64,000 nt of DNA from an uncultured Chthonomonadaceae bacterium (GTDB taxonomy: Bacteria; Armatimonadota; Chthonomonadetes; Chthonomonadales; Chthonomonadaceae), in NCBI GenBank assembly GCA_963817895.1, contig CAWFQB010000014.1:576001-640000 (forward strand), read 5' to 3'. A model generated the notes under the pieces. It was not told where the DNA came from and did no database searches. It worked only from the letters and a program-made list of their open reading frames with translations. Below, piece by piece: positions 10,973-22,532 of this stretch (its first letter is position 1; every line of letters starts with the position of its first letter). The position numbers and the translations under genes were made by a program.

Positions 10973-12798
10973 TTTCCACTCTCCTCGTTGTGTGAAACGC
11001 GAGGGTCTTCGCGAATGTCGCGCCCCTCTGTGATGAGATACTGCCGATCCGCTTTCAGCCCCTGCGCCCGATCTACCGCGCCGCTCGGCCAGCGAATCTC
11101 TACCGTGTCTGCCCGCTCCTGTAAGCCAAGCCCGAACGTCAATTGCCGCTGCGACTCGGACAGGAAGCTGCCGCCGCTGTGAACCATTTGTGTTTGCGTC
11201 ACGCCCCCGGCGGTTACGCGCGCCAATGCGCCGATGCCGTCCCGGTTGGAACGAACGCCCTCCATGCGCAGGCGAATCCAGTGGTTGTGGTTGCTCCTGT
11301 CGTTTCGGTACAGGCGAAATTTCCCGCCGTTGTCCACCAGCGCCACATCCAGATCGCCGTCGTTGTCTATGTCGCCACACGCCGCGCCCCGTCCCACCAG
11401 TTTGTCGGTCAGCCCCGCGCTTGCCCCGACCTCCTTGAACTTGCCGTTGCGCTGATTGTGAAACAGCAACGGGCGCTCCCGAAACGTCAGCATGGATTCA
11501 TACGTGCTGATAATATCGTCCACATGCCCGTTTGCTGTCAGCGCGTCCTGCCAGCCGTCCAGATCGTAATCAAAGAAGAACAGGCCGAATGTGAGATACG
11601 ACAAACTCGGCGCGGCCACCCCCGCCGTATGCGCGTTATCGGTAAACAGGGGCGAGTCGCCCGACGCGGGATCGCTTTCCAGCAGGGACAGGCTTTCATT
11701 GGCGAAATTGCCGATGAGCAGGGCGAACCGGCCATCGTTGCGCCAGTCCGCCGTGTCAATGCCCATTCCCGCCTTCAAATGCCCGCTCTCGCCCGTCGCG
11801 ATTCCGCTCATCGCGCCCTGTTCCACAAACCGCTTGCCTTTGTCGTTGATAAACAGGTAATTGGCCCACGTATCGTTAGTGACAACCAAATCCGGCCAGC
11901 CGTCCCCGTTGAAATCGGCGACGACAACCCCGAATGCCTTGCCCAGCGCGCCGCTCCGCAGTCCCATTTCCCTGCTCACGTCCCGAAAATGCCCGTTCCC
12001 CTCGTTATGGTACAGCGTACAGTAACTGCCCTCGAAAGTTCCGGGCGGGCAATATCCGCGCAGGCCGTTATGCCCGCACCAGGGATTGAGTTTGGGCGAC
12101 CATTTCACGTACTGCGTGACAAACAGATCGAGTTTGCCGTCCCTGTCGTAGTCCAGCCACGCCGCGCTCGCGCTCCACTTCCATTTCAGTTCCATATCCG
12201 GCATGGGAACGCCCTGTACGCCCGCTTTTGCCGTCACATCCTGAAAGATCGGCCCCTTGCGGTTCGGATCGCCTAATGTGTTGCGCAGCAGGTGGTTCGG
12301 GCCAATGGCGGTGAGATAAATATCCTCGTAGCCGTCGTTGTCGAAATCGCCGACCGCCACGCCCATGCCATAAATTTCAATGTCAAGCCCCGCTTCTTTC
12401 GTTACATCCGTAAAGGTTCCGTTGCGGTTGTTGTGGTACAGATGTGGCGTACTGCGCGGCCCTTTATCTCCCGGCCAGTTGCAGCTGTTGACGATGAGAA
12501 TATCCTGCCAGCCGTCGTTATCATAATCCAGAAACGCCACGCCCGCCCCAACGGTTTCCGGCATGTTCTTGCGGCCTTTCGCGCCGTTGTTGTGCGTGAA
12601 ATTAATGCCCGCCTGCCGGGAAATCTCGACAAAGGACACGCCCGCGTCCTGCTCCGCTGCAATCGGCGCGGTCTGCTTTTGGATCGCGTTTCGCGGATGC
12701 CCGCACCCGCACAAACTCAAGAGCAGCGCAATTGCCGGCCACAGGGCGTATCCAGCCCCGGCTTGAAAATGCCTCACTCCGGTTCCTCTCATTGCCAT
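10969..12798 (-). CDS. CRTAC1-family FG-GAP repeat / ASPIC-UnbV lipoprotein
   Basis: Repeated D(Y/F)DNDGxxD motifs; C-terminal GIGA..V..GG...FGLG...IRWPSG. Confidence 0.9.
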   Translation of the reverse strand: MAMRGTGVRHFQAGAGYALWPAIALLLSLCGCGHPRNAIQKQTAPIAAEQDAGVSFVEISRQAGINFTHNNGAKGRKNMPETVGAGVAFLDYDNDGWQDILIVNSCNWPGDKGPRSTPHLYHNNRNGTFTDVTKEAGLDIEIYGMGVAVGDFDNDGYEDIYLTAIGPNHLLRNTLGDPNRKGPIFQDVTAKAGVQGVPMPDMELKWKWSASAAWLDYDRDGKLDLFVTQYVKWSPKLNPWCGHNGLRGYCPPGTFEGSYCTLYHNEGNGHFRDVSREMGLRSGALGKAFGVVVADFNGDGWPDLVVTNDTWANYLFINDKGKRFVEQGAMSGIATGESGHLKAGMGIDTADWRNDGRFALLIGNFANESLSLLESDPASGDSPLFTDNAHTAGVAAPSLSYLTFGLFFFDYDLDGWQDALTANGHVDDIISTYESMLTFRERPLLFHNQRNGKFKEVGASAGLTDKLVGRGAACGDIDNDGDLDVALVDNGGKFRLYRNDRSNHNHWIRLRMEGVRSNRDGIGALARVTAGGVTQTQMVHSGGSFLSESQRQLTFGLGLQERADTVEIRWPSGAVDRAQGLKADRQYLITEGRDIREDPRVSHNEESGK

Positions 12799-12802
12799 GC
12801 CG

Positions 12803-14773
12803 CTACTGATTTCCGGCAGCCTGTAGCGCGGTTTCCAGATGCCGCATTTTAGCCTGAAGCGCGCCATCGCCGGGGCGTAGCGTTTGCGCAAGGCGATAGT
12901 AGGTTATCGCGCCCGAATAGTCGCCCGCCTGCTCCATAAATTGCCCTACAGCGATCTGCGCTGCCGGGTCTTTGCGGGCGGCGCGTGAGCGCGTGAGCAG
13001 CGTCTGCCGTTTCAAATCGTAATCCACATACTTGCGATACAGGGCGAACATCTGCTCGCTCCCCGCCTTATCTCCCAGATGCGCGTACACCCGTCCTAAT
13101 TCCTGATAAGTCGCGCCGTCACCCGGCAACAGGTCGAGCGCGTGTTCCAGATTACGAGCCGCCCGCGTCCAATCCTCTTTCGCGCGCATACGCCACGCCA
13201 AGCTGCTGATATGCGACAACCTCTTTGGGGCTGAGACGACTGAGTTGCGTATACTCCGCAATCGCCCGCTGAATGCGGTCGCCCTCGCCCCGCCGCTGCA
13301 TATACAGATTGCCTATTTCTAGATGATATAGGGGGTTTTTGGGGTCAAGGCGCGCGCACTGCTGCAATTGCGTTTCGGCTAAATCGCGCTGTCCGTTTTG
13401 CCGCGCCAGTTGCGCCAGTTGAAAAATGATATGCGCGGGATCGGCGGGATGTTTGTTTAACGCGCTCTGTAACATGCGCTTCTGATCGTCCTGTCGCTCC
13501 GCATAGCCATACGCCGCAGCCATCGTGAGGTCGGCATCGGCGGTATTCATGGCTGTCAACTGCCGCATCACGGCCAGATAGTCGTTCATCCGGTTCATGT
13601 CCCGGTATATGGAGGCTTGCAGCGTCAGTCCGCGATTGCGCCAGCCGGGTTTCACGCTCACCAAACGCGCCGCAATGAGCGCCGCGTCGTATTTTTTGTT
13701 CAGGTGGGCTCAATATGCCGCGCCAGTAGGCTGCTTCGGTTTTCATGCCTGCCTGTTCGCATACCTGCGCTGTCAGGCTAATCACGCCGGAATTTGTGCT
13801 TTGCAGCAGAGCGAGTTTTTGCAGCGCGATGGCCTCGTTCGCGTAGTCTTTCCGGTCTGCATAAACCTTGACCAACTGCTCGTAGGCGTCTATGGCTTTG
13901 GGGTCGCGTCTGGCCGTTTCGCGCCACTGTTTTTCCGCTTCCCCCTCCTGTTGATTCTGAGCCAGCGCGACACCGTATTGATACCGCAGAGCCGCCACTT
14001 CAGGCGCGAGTTGTACGGCTTTTGCCAGATATTGCAGCGCCTGCCGCCCATTATGCCGCGCCAGCAGCAGCTTGCCCACAATGGAGTAGCCATCCGGTTT
14101 TTCAGGGGCCAGTTTGAATTAAATGTTTCGCCAGTTGCAGCGCGGTGTTTTCGTCGCCCGCTTGCAGGCAGTTGAACATCAGCGATTCTACCGCATCCCT
14201 GTTTTGGGGCAAAGCGTCCGTCAGCAGGGCGGGATGCCGGTTGACAAACGCGCGCAGGACGTCCTGAGCCGCTGCCGGATTGCCGTCCGCCTGCTCCAGT
14301 TGCGCCAGCGTCGCCGCCGCTTCCAGACTGTCGGGCAGCAGGCGAACCGCGCTTTGCAGCTCCTTACGCGCCTCGCTGTAGTGGGCGAGATAGGTCAGGG
14401 AACGCCCCATCACAAGCGCGATGTCCCGTTCCCCGGCTCCCAGCGCGCGGGCAATGGTCAATTGGCGGATAGCGTCCGTGTAGTAGCCCGCTTCCGCATC
14501 CAGTTTGCCCAATGCCACATAAGCCGCGACATCGGCAGGGTCGGATTGAATACGCTCCGCATAGTAGCGCATGGTGGCGCGCGCGTCCTGTGAGGCTGGA
14601 GGAGGCGGTTTGCTTGCAAGATAGCGCCAACTCAGAGGGAAGCAGCAGAAGCAGGGACAGCAGCAGGCCGAACAGGGCGAAAAAACGCGCCCAACTCGCC
14701 TGCGCTTACGCGGCTGCCTGTCCCTGTCCTGCACAATTGGAGGTGGCATCTTGGGGGTATGAGAGTGACTCAT
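12803..14773 (-). CDS. Tetratricopeptide repeat protein, about 3-4 frameshifts
   Basis: TPR helices continue across ORFs 14102..14773, 13345..14079, 13152..13664 and 12803..13261. Confidence 0.7.
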
Positions 14774-14804
14774 TTCGGTTAAAACGGCCTATGGCCCGAA
14801 CAGC

Positions 14805-15650
14805 CTAATTCCAGCCGCCCGCGTAAGCGCCACGGACGCCAATTTCGCCGAAAATGTCCTTCGGGCCATTCCAGTCGGCCTTACGGTCATGACTGAGCCA
14901 GTACTGGCTTAACTTAATGGCTTTGGCGTGTCCATCGTGGAAGACTACATTACACAGTCCCTGATGCCGCGCGACCGCCATGCGGTAGGCGTCATGGTTC
15001 TGGCTCTCCTGCCAGTTGGCGCGGTCTTCATTGAAGAAGTACGCGCCTACCGCAACGGAATTATAAGCGGTTTTGTAGCCGTCGGGGTTTTTATCATAAA
15101 TGGCGTAGCCGTTGCTGCGCCCGCCCCAACTGTCGCCCTGTTTGGTATCATAAATCGTGCCGGCGTCTGCGAACTGCACATGGTTGGCCGGTTCCGCGAC
15201 TGACGCCAACTTGACCGTATCCGCATCCCAGCTCGACATCATATCATTCGTGGCGATGGAACCCAGGTCGCGCAGGTTTTCCTGGTCGTTGGTCCAGTCC
15301 GGGCCATTGTCCAGCGCGTCCGGGCAGACCGTGATCTGGCGATTCTTCAAATACGGCTGAATGAAGTACGGCCAGAAGCGTCGCCAGTCGCGATGATTTG
15401 TGCCATCGGCGGCGAGTCCCACTTCCTCATCGGTAAGACTGACATGCTCGTTCATTACGCGCTCATCGTAATCCTGGCTGTACATTTGCGAACCCGTGCC
15501 GACCTGTTTCAGGTTGGAGATGCAGGAGATGGCGCGGGCGCGGGCGCGGGCCTGCGCGAAAACGGGGAAGAGGATCGCGGCTAAAATGGCGATAATAGCG
15601 ATAACCACAAGCAGTTCGATCAGCGTAAACGCTCTTCTGGAATTCATCAT
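14805..15650 (-). CDS. Prepilin-type N-terminal cleavage / DUF1559 / H-X9-DG protein
   Basis: [51 protein letters not shown]. Confidence 0.9.
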   Translation of the reverse strand: MMNSRRAFTLIELLVVIAIIAILAAILFPVFAQARARARAISCISNLKQVGTGSQMYSQDYDERVMNEHVSLTDEEVGLAADGTNHRDWRRFWPYFIQPYLKNRQITVCPDALDNGPDWTNDQENLRDLGSIATNDMMSSWDADTVKLASVAEPANHVQFADAGTIYDTKQGDSWGGRSNGYAIYDKNPDGYKTAYNSVAVGAYFFNEDRANWQESQNHDAYRMAVARHQGLCNVVFHDGHAKAIKLSQYWLSHDRKADWNGPKDIFGEIGVRGAYAGGWN

Positions 15651-15720
15651 AGCTCCTTTTGTTCCTCGCGACATTGGGGAACACGTTTTGTCAAACGACG
15701 CTTTGTATAAGCATCTGCTT

Positions 15721-15733
15721 GCAAAACGATTGC
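15721..15733. promoter_or_regulatory. Possible LacI-family operator
   Basis: GCAAAACGATTGC, resembling the LacI/PurR AAnCGnTT core, downstream of the promoter. Confidence 0.35.
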
Positions 15734-15775
15734 TGATGCAATCACAACAGCATTCATTTCTGGAAGGACAGTATG

Positions 15776-15804
15776 ATTATAGGTTCTGAAGTAAATTTTG
15801 TCAA
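15776..15804 (-). promoter_or_regulatory. Consensus sigma70 promoter
   Basis: TTGACA-17 nt-TATAAT on the minus strand. Confidence 0.8.
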
Positions 15805-15994
15805 TAGGCGAATGGACGCAAAGGCTATCTTTCACATTTATATTTTACGTCTGCCGCGTTATAGTTTTAAAATTATGGATAATCGCTTTAATATGTATAA
15901 CTTTCTGCTTACGGGGAAGCGCCGACTATCAGTACAGCCGGTTCATGTGGCCTTTAATCTCGAACAGGCAACATGATTGAGGTACACTCTGGAT

Positions 15995-17004
15995 ATGCTT
16001 AAACATAGTCCTGCCAACCTGTTTTCTCGCCGCGCCCTTCTGCTGTTTCGTGGCGCACGCGCCGTTCCGCCTTTATATTCACATTAGCCGGATTGCTCTG
16101 GAACGGGTACGCGCAGCCTGTTTATGCGCAGTCAGTACGGTTACGGGCAGTGGGCGACATCATGCTGGCGCGGGACGTGGAAAACTGTATGGCGCGAAAG
16201 GGACGCGGTTATCCCTTTGCCGCGATGCGTCCTTTGCTGCGCAACGCGGACATTTCTTTCGGCAATCTGGAGTGCTGCGCGTCCACGCGGGGCGCGCCTA
16301 TTCCCAAACAGTTTAATTTCCGCGCCCGCCCCGCCGATGTCCGGGTACTGGCGGAAAACGGCTTCACCATCGTATCGCTTGCCAACAACCATGCGTGGGA
16401 TTATGGCCGTGACGCGCTTTGGGATACGGTTGCCTGCGTTCGCAAAACGGGTGTCAAGACCGTTGGCGCGGGCGCGAACCGGATGGAAGCGCATCAGTTG
16501 GTTGTCGTCCAGAAAAAAGGATTGCGCATCGGGTTTCTGGCCTATCTCGGCCTGATACCCGCCCTTGTCCCCGAGTCGGACACGCAGCCGACCCTGAGCA
16601 TGGCAAGCGCGGAGGCGATTACGCGGGAAGTGCAAGCGGCGCGGAGTCAGGTGGATGTGCTGCTCGTTTCGCTGCACGCGGGGCAGGAGGGCGCAGTCGG
16701 CCCAACGCCACGCCAGCAGAGTTTTGCGCAGGCGGCTATTGACGCGGGCGCGGACATGGTTATCGGGCATCATCCGCACGTTCGTCAGCCGCTCGTGATG
16801 TACAAAGGCAAGCCAATCTGTTACAGCCTGGGCAACTTCGTTTTTTCTACAGCCGGACGGGGCAGCGGCGCGATGGTGGAAGCGACGTTGGGGCGCGGGC
16901 ATAAGGTGCAGGCGCGTCTGCTTCCGCTCATTTTGAACGGCGCGCAACCCTGTCTTCCTCATTCCCTTCCTCCCGACAAACGCCGCGCCCGAACCCATAA
17001 ATAA
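15995..17004 (+). CDS. CapA / PGA_cap family metallophosphoesterase; probable frameshift before 16093
   Basis: Motifs AVGDIML, GNLEC, LANNHAWDYG, SLHAG, GHHPHV, YSLGNF. Confidence 0.85.
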
Positions 17005-17169
17005 GCCTTTCCCAATAGGCCGGGTACAGAGAACGTACCCGTCTGAGTGGCCTACGGCCAGGCGTCCTTCGGACGCAAATGCAATCGCCTGTTGGGATAG
17101 GCTCTAAGCCTGTTTCTGTCTTCTTCCCTAACGCCTTCGGGTGTTCTCGACAGGTTTTTCAAAAGAACC

Positions 17170-17198
17170 TTGACAATTCGGCAGCGGTATGGCATACT
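17170..17198 (+). promoter_or_regulatory. sigma70 promoter of the tRNA
   Basis: TTGACA-17 nt-CATACT with extended TG. Confidence 0.75.
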
Positions 17199-17209
17199 AA
17201 TCCTGTTGA

Positions 17210-17283
<74 letters not shown>

Positions 17284-17314
17284 TCTTGTTTCCGGTAGGT
17301 TACACATTCGAGAT

Positions 17315-17360
17315 AGGGATTTGTCGAATATTCGTATTTGACAAATCCCTTTTTCTTTTT
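17315..17360 (+). terminator. Intrinsic terminator after the tRNA
   Basis: agggatttgtc...gacaaatccct followed by ttttcttttt. Confidence 0.75.
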
Positions 17361-17424
17361 CAATGATATTCTATGGTCCCGCTCATTTCGAACCTACCGC
17401 TGCAAGGCTAACTTTTCCAGCGGC

Positions 17425-20325
17425 CTAAAAAACATGTGTCAAGGCATAGGAGATAGCTTTTTCTAAAGATAGCGCCTGCCCTTCTGTCCACATGGCGTTC
17501 AAAGCCTGTTCATCGAAAATGGAATGTAAGTGTTCGACACGTTGTTCATAATCTTTCCTCTCAAGCGCGGGCAAAGGAATGTTTAGTACAATGCGTTGCG
17601 CTTCAACTGAACCAAGCAGAATGGCCGCATACCGAGCAATCTCCACAACTGGTTCAGATTGCTGTAATAATTGTGTTTTGTCCAGAGCGAGATATGCCAA
17701 CACTTCCAGGAGGCCGACACAATCGGGCTTCCACTCCAACTCTTGCGAAAGAAGCAAGTTTTCGTGGTAGAAGGTTTGCGCTTGAGAAAAGTCTCTCTCC
17801 AAACAGGCGACATCTCCCAGGATACGCAGGCAGGTTGCGACTACATGCTGATCCCCAATGCGCTTCACAATCGCTAAACTTTCCTCTGCCAGGAAGCGCG
17901 CCTCCTCGTACTCTCTTTCTGCTTTCGCAATAATCGCCAGCCCGCACAAAGGATATGACCGATACCAGTCGTCGTGTAATTCCTGGGCAATCTTCAGACT
18001 CTGCTGCAACATTTGACGCGCGCGGGCAAGCTCACCCAGATGGTAGAGAGTATTACCCAGATTTGTATAGGCTGTCGCTATTCCTCGCTGATTTCCCAAT
18101 GTTTTTTGAAGAGCCAGGCTTTCTTCAGTCAAGGACTGAGCCGCGGCATAATCGCCCTGATTTTGCATCAGGATGCCCAGATTGCCCAAAATCGCGGCGA
18201 TGCCACTCTGATCGCCTACCTCTCGCCTTAACGCCAGGCTCTCTTCCAGCAGCTCTCGAGCAGTTATCGTGTCGTCCTGTCGCAGGGCAATGATGCCTAA
18301 CTTATCCAGCGCCGCTGCTATATTGCGCTTATCATCTAGCTGCCGAAATATTCGCAGAGACTTCTCCAGGAATGTACGGGCGTCAGGTATGTCACCTTGA
18401 TCAACCGCCAGTCGCCCGATATGAAAGCAAACGGTAGCCTGAACTTTGCTCTCGCCCCCGGTTGGACTGCCAGCGAGCGAGCGTTCCAAGAACTCTCGTC
18501 CTTCTCGAAGATAGCCTCCGAGATACCAGAATTTCCCCAATGCAGACGCCATTGACAACGCATCAGGCATTTGCTTTGCAAGAGCGTATACAAGACCCGC
18601 GCGCAGGTTTTCGTGTTCGGTTTCCAGCCTCTCAAAAGAGGACTGTTCCGCGCTGCCAGAGAGATGTTGAGAAATTTCTTCCACCAGACGCAGATAATAG
18701 ATATGGTGTCGTTGCCCCACTACATCCGCTTCACCTCGCTCCTCTAGACGATCATGGGCATACTGGCGAATGGTTTCCAGCAGTCTGTAGCGTGTCTCGC
18801 CCTCCTTTTGACTGGTTCCAAGCAGGCTTTTGTCGTGAAGGTTGGTAAGCAGATCAAGCATTTCCCATGCTTCCACATCTTCTCCCACGCATATCTCTTC
18901 CGCCGCTTCCAAAATCCAACCGCCGGCAAACACGGATAAGCGACTGAGGAGTTGTTTCTCCGCTTCAGACAGCAGATCATACGACCAGTCAATCAGGGCG
19001 CGGAGGGTCTGTTGTCGGGGCAGCGCCGTTCTGCTGCCTCCGGTGAGCAAGCGGAAGCAGTTGTCCAGCTTGTTGTTGATCTCTTGTACGCTGAGAGAAC
19101 GCGCCCGCGCCGCCGCCAATTCAATCGCCAGGGGGATACCATCCAGGCGCTGGCACAGTTGCGCAAGCGCGGGAGCATTCTGATTTGTCACGGAGAAACT
19201 CGGCTGTATACTGATGGCCCGCTCGATAAACAGACGGACGGCCTCGAATTGGGTAAGGTCTTCCAGAGTGGGAAAGGACTTAGGATCGGGCAATTTAAGC
19301 GAGGGAACGTGATAGACAGTCTCACCGGAAATATTCAAACGCTCCCGGCTACTTGCTAAAATATGTACATGAGGACATAAACGCAGCAAGCTGTCCACAA
19401 TCCGCGCGCAGGCATCTATCAGATGTTCGCAGTTGTCTAAAATCAACAGGAGAGAACGCGCTTTCAAGTACTCACTCAAGGTTTGGGTTAAGGAGCGTCC
19501 GACTTCTTCCTTAACACCGAACAGCACAGCGATCTGTTGCGCGACAAGAGAAGGGTCGGCCAGGGAAGCCAACTCCACAAACCAGACGCCATCTGGATAC
19601 TGATCCAACAAATCGGCTCCCACCTGTAAGGAAAGACGTGTCTTGCCGGTACCTCCTGGGCCGAGAAGAGTAACGAACGAATGGGAAGTGGTGAGGCGCT
19701 TGACCTCCTCCATATCTGGTTCGCGTCCGATGAAACTGGTGAGTTGCAGGGGGAGATTGTTGGGCAGATTATTCAGGGATCGTAGAAGCGGGAACTCGGA
19801 AGGCAGGTTCGGGTGACAGACCTGGTGAACCTGTTCGGCACGGTTGAGGTCTTTAAGGCGGTGTAAGCCGAGCGGGCGGGTTTCTACGCGATCTGGCAGG
19901 TGATCCCGCACCAACTCATATGTTGCTTGAGAAAGCAATGTCTGCCCACCATACGCCAGGGCTTGTAGACGGGCGACGCGATTGAGAGTCGGTCCGAAGT
20001 AGTCCCCATCGCGTTCCTCGGCCTCTCCAGTATGTAAGCCCATGCGAACGCGCAAACCACCGATCCCGTCCCATTCCTCGTTACCCAGCAACAGATGGGA
20101 GGCAAGAGCGGCATTCAGAGCGTCAGGAGCCGTTGGAAACGCCGCACAGAAGGCATCGCCAACCGTCTTGAACACATAGCCGTTATTGTCCTCAATAGCT
20201 TTTTGCAGCAGAGCATCATGGCGGGCGAGCGCAACCCGCATGACTTCCGGGTACTGCTCCCAAAGTTTCGTACTGCCTTCAATATCCGTAAACAAGAACG
20301 TTACAGTTCCGCCCGGGTGCGGCAT
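17425..20325 (-). CDS. Class III adenylate/guanylate cyclase + STAND ATPase + TPR protein
   Basis: FLFTDIEGST, KTVGDAF, Walker A GPGGTGKT, LILDNCEH, LDGIPLAIELAA, C-terminal TPRs. Confidence 0.9.
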   Translation of the reverse strand: MPHPGGTVTFLFTDIEGSTKLWEQYPEVMRVALARHDALLQKAIEDNNGYVFKTVGDAFCAAFPTAPDALNAALASHLLLGNEEWDGIGGLRVRMGLHTGEAEERDGDYFGPTLNRVARLQALAYGGQTLLSQATYELVRDHLPDRVETRPLGLHRLKDLNRAEQVHQVCHPNLPSEFPLLRSLNNLPNNLPLQLTSFIGREPDMEEVKRLTTSHSFVTLLGPGGTGKTRLSLQVGADLLDQYPDGVWFVELASLADPSLVAQQIAVLFGVKEEVGRSLTQTLSEYLKARSLLLILDNCEHLIDACARIVDSLLRLCPHVHILASSRERLNISGETVYHVPSLKLPDPKSFPTLEDLTQFEAVRLFIERAISIQPSFSVTNQNAPALAQLCQRLDGIPLAIELAAARARSLSVQEINNKLDNCFRLLTGGSRTALPRQQTLRALIDWSYDLLSEAEKQLLSRLSVFAGGWILEAAEEICVGEDVEAWEMLDLLTNLHDKSLLGTSQKEGETRYRLLETIRQYAHDRLEERGEADVVGQRHHIYYLRLVEEISQHLSGSAEQSSFERLETEHENLRAGLVYALAKQMPDALSMASALGKFWYLGGYLREGREFLERSLAGSPTGGESKVQATVCFHIGRLAVDQGDIPDARTFLEKSLRIFRQLDDKRNIAAALDKLGIIALRQDDTITARELLEESLALRREVGDQSGIAAILGNLGILMQNQGDYAAAQSLTEESLALQKTLGNQRGIATAYTNLGNTLYHLGELARARQMLQQSLKIAQELHDDWYRSYPLCGLAIIAKAEREYEEARFLAEESLAIVKRIGDQHVVATCLRILGDVACLERDFSQAQTFYHENLLLSQELEWKPDCVGLLEVLAYLALDKTQLLQQSEPVVEIARYAAILLGSVEAQRIVLNIPLPALERKDYEQRVEHLHSIFDEQALNAMWTEGQALSLEKAISYALTHVF

Positions 20326-20565
20326 GACGCGCCTCCATGTTGTCTCGTGTAGCTTCTGCTGAAGTCGTAACGTGAAAGACTGCTCTAGCCAAAACAATCG
20401 AATTTCACTTTATCTTTTAACATGAATTGCCGCATTCTGTCAAACTCAAGCTGATATGCCCCCGAAAATTCTGGCTCCTCGGAGTGTTAGTCTCCAGCGC
20501 GGAAACGACAAAGGCACTTCAAGAACCCTCATTTGTGTAACTTGTGGAGAGAACCGCTCCCACGT

Positions 20566-20599
20566 AAAAGCCGTTCGGTCACTATGACCGAACGGCTTT
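20566..20599 (-). terminator. Terminator downstream of the VOC gene
   Basis: aaaagccgttcggtc-actat-gaccgaacggcttt. Confidence 0.65.
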
Positions 20600-21057
20600 A
20601 ATATGTCAACCGCTAATTTTCTCGATGGACTCACGCGGATTGCGTCACTGGCCGGCCGGTGGTTCCCATAGTTCTACCTTGTTTCCATCCGGGTCTATCA
20701 CCCAGGCGAACTTCCCGTACTCTGACTCATCAATCTTATCAAGCACAGCGCAGCCTTCAGACTTCAGCGCTATGACCAGCGCGTGAAGATCGTCAACGCG
20801 ATAGTTGATCATAAACGTCGCGGCGCTCGGCGCAAAGTGGTTGCCGGTGGCGTCATTGACACTCCAAATGGTACTGCCGACTGTGGGCTTGCCTTCAGAG
20901 TCCGCCCATTCAAATGCGGTTCCGCCCCATTCCTGCGCGTCGATTCCCAGATGATCTCTGTACCAGGCTCTCAGCGAAACGGGATCACGGAATGTGTCAA
21001 GGATTTTGAGACAAAAAGCGAAAGTATTTTATGTAGCGAGCAGTCATTCCTCGCCAC

Positions 21058-22141
21058 TCAACCGGCAACCGGTGCTGTGCCTTCGCCAACGGGCAACGCA
21101 GGCGCATTGATCCAGACGACGTCGGGTAACTGCCCCGCCTGCGGACGCTCTCGAAAGCGTTGCGGATGCGCGGCATAGGCGTTATCTAACGTGACTTGCC
21201 GCTGCGCCAATACCTGCGTTGCTTCGCCGAAATGCACCTGTTCGGGCGTAAGCAACACCAAGCCGGTATGGTGGTGGCACGTATTGTACCCGACAAAGTA
21301 GTCCTGGCAGAACGTCTGCGCGTCTTCCTGGCTGCTAAAGCGCTCCGGGAAGTAGGCGCTGTACTTCATCGTTTTGAACCCGGCTTCCGAGTACGGGTTG
21401 TCGTTGCTGACACGCGGGCGGCTGTGCGAACGGGTCACCTGCAACGAAAGTAAGAGCTGCGCTACCGACTGGCTTTTCATCGGCCCGCCGCGATCCGCAT
21501 GGAGGGTGAGTTGGTTAGGCGCGATGTTGTATTTACGACAGGTTTCTTGCAGCAGCTTGTGCGCCAGGTATTGACACTCCCGGTCTGCGAGCATCCAGCC
21601 GACCACATAACGACTGTAGATGTCCATAACCACATATAAGTAATAGAAGCGACCCCGAATGGGCGTCTTCAAGTAGGTGATGTCCCATGTCCACACCTGA
21701 TTAGGGCCGGTTGCCTTAAGTTCAGGTTTGCTATACGCCGGATGCCTGCGAACCCGCCGACGCTCACAGATGGCTTGGTGTTCGTGCAGCAGGCGATACA
21801 TCGTGCGATAGGAAGCGTGATACACGCCTTCTTGCAGCAATTGCGCATACACCTGCCGGGGCGAAGCGTCTACAAAGCGTTCCGACAAGAGTAGATTGAG
21901 CAACAGGGCGCGTTCCTCTTCCGACAAGCGGCGAGGAGAACCCCGTTGTGCTTTGGGAACAAGGACGCCTTCTTGGATTGTGCCCGTACCAGCGTGTTGC
22001 TCCCGGTAGAAGCGGGCGCGGCTCAGTTGCACCGCATCACAGGCGCGGCCAATCCCGGTCGTTGCGCCCGCTTCGGCAACCAGGCTTATTCGGGCGGCGT
22101 TTCTTCCAGTGTCAGGTCGAGCAAGGCCGCTACTTTTTTTT
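21058..22141 (-). CDS. IS3 OrfB (DDE integrase core), reached by -1 frameshift
   Basis: WTWDITY, HADRG and DNPYSE motifs; frame open back to the A8G slippery site at 22133-22141. Confidence 0.88.
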
Positions 22142-22532
22142 GGAGTTCCAGCAGAACGCGCAGTTTCTGGTTCTCGGTTTCCAGAGCGGCCATCCTGCGG
22201 GCATCGCGTTGGCGGGCGGCTTCTTTGTCTTTGCGCTGCTTCTGCGCCTGGGCAGAGTTCTTCTCGCCCAACTGACCCGCCTCGCGCAGTTTGCGGAAGT
22301 TGGCAAGCGTGGAGGAGTACAGCCCTTCGCGGCGAAGCAGCGCCCCCAACTCTCCCGGCTTGACGCAGGCGTCGGCTTCTTTAAGGATGCGCAGCTTGTA
22401 CGCAGCGGTAAAGCGGCGGCGCGTGGGGCGCGTTTGCACCTGCGCCTCCGGGCGCAGCGCGGGGGAGGGCGCGCTGTGGTGTCCATTGTTGGTGAGGCGA
22501 GTGGTTGGGCTGTCTGTCAACGGCGTATTCAT
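22086..22532 (-). CDS. IS3 OrfA (HTH)
   Basis: RRRFTAAYKLRIL.EAD...GALLRREGLYSS. Confidence 0.88.
   Translation of the reverse strand: MNTPLTDSPTTRLTNNGHHSAPSPALRPEAQVQTRPTRRRFTAAYKLRILKEADACVKPGELGALLRREGLYSSTLANFRKLREAGQLGEKNSAQAQKQRKDKEAARQRDARRMAALETENQKLRVLLELQKKVAALLDLTLEETPPE

Noticed and set aside
20783..21178. Plus-strand 131-aa ORF across the IS end
   Set aside because: Antisense to the interrupted VOC gene and spans the insertion junction
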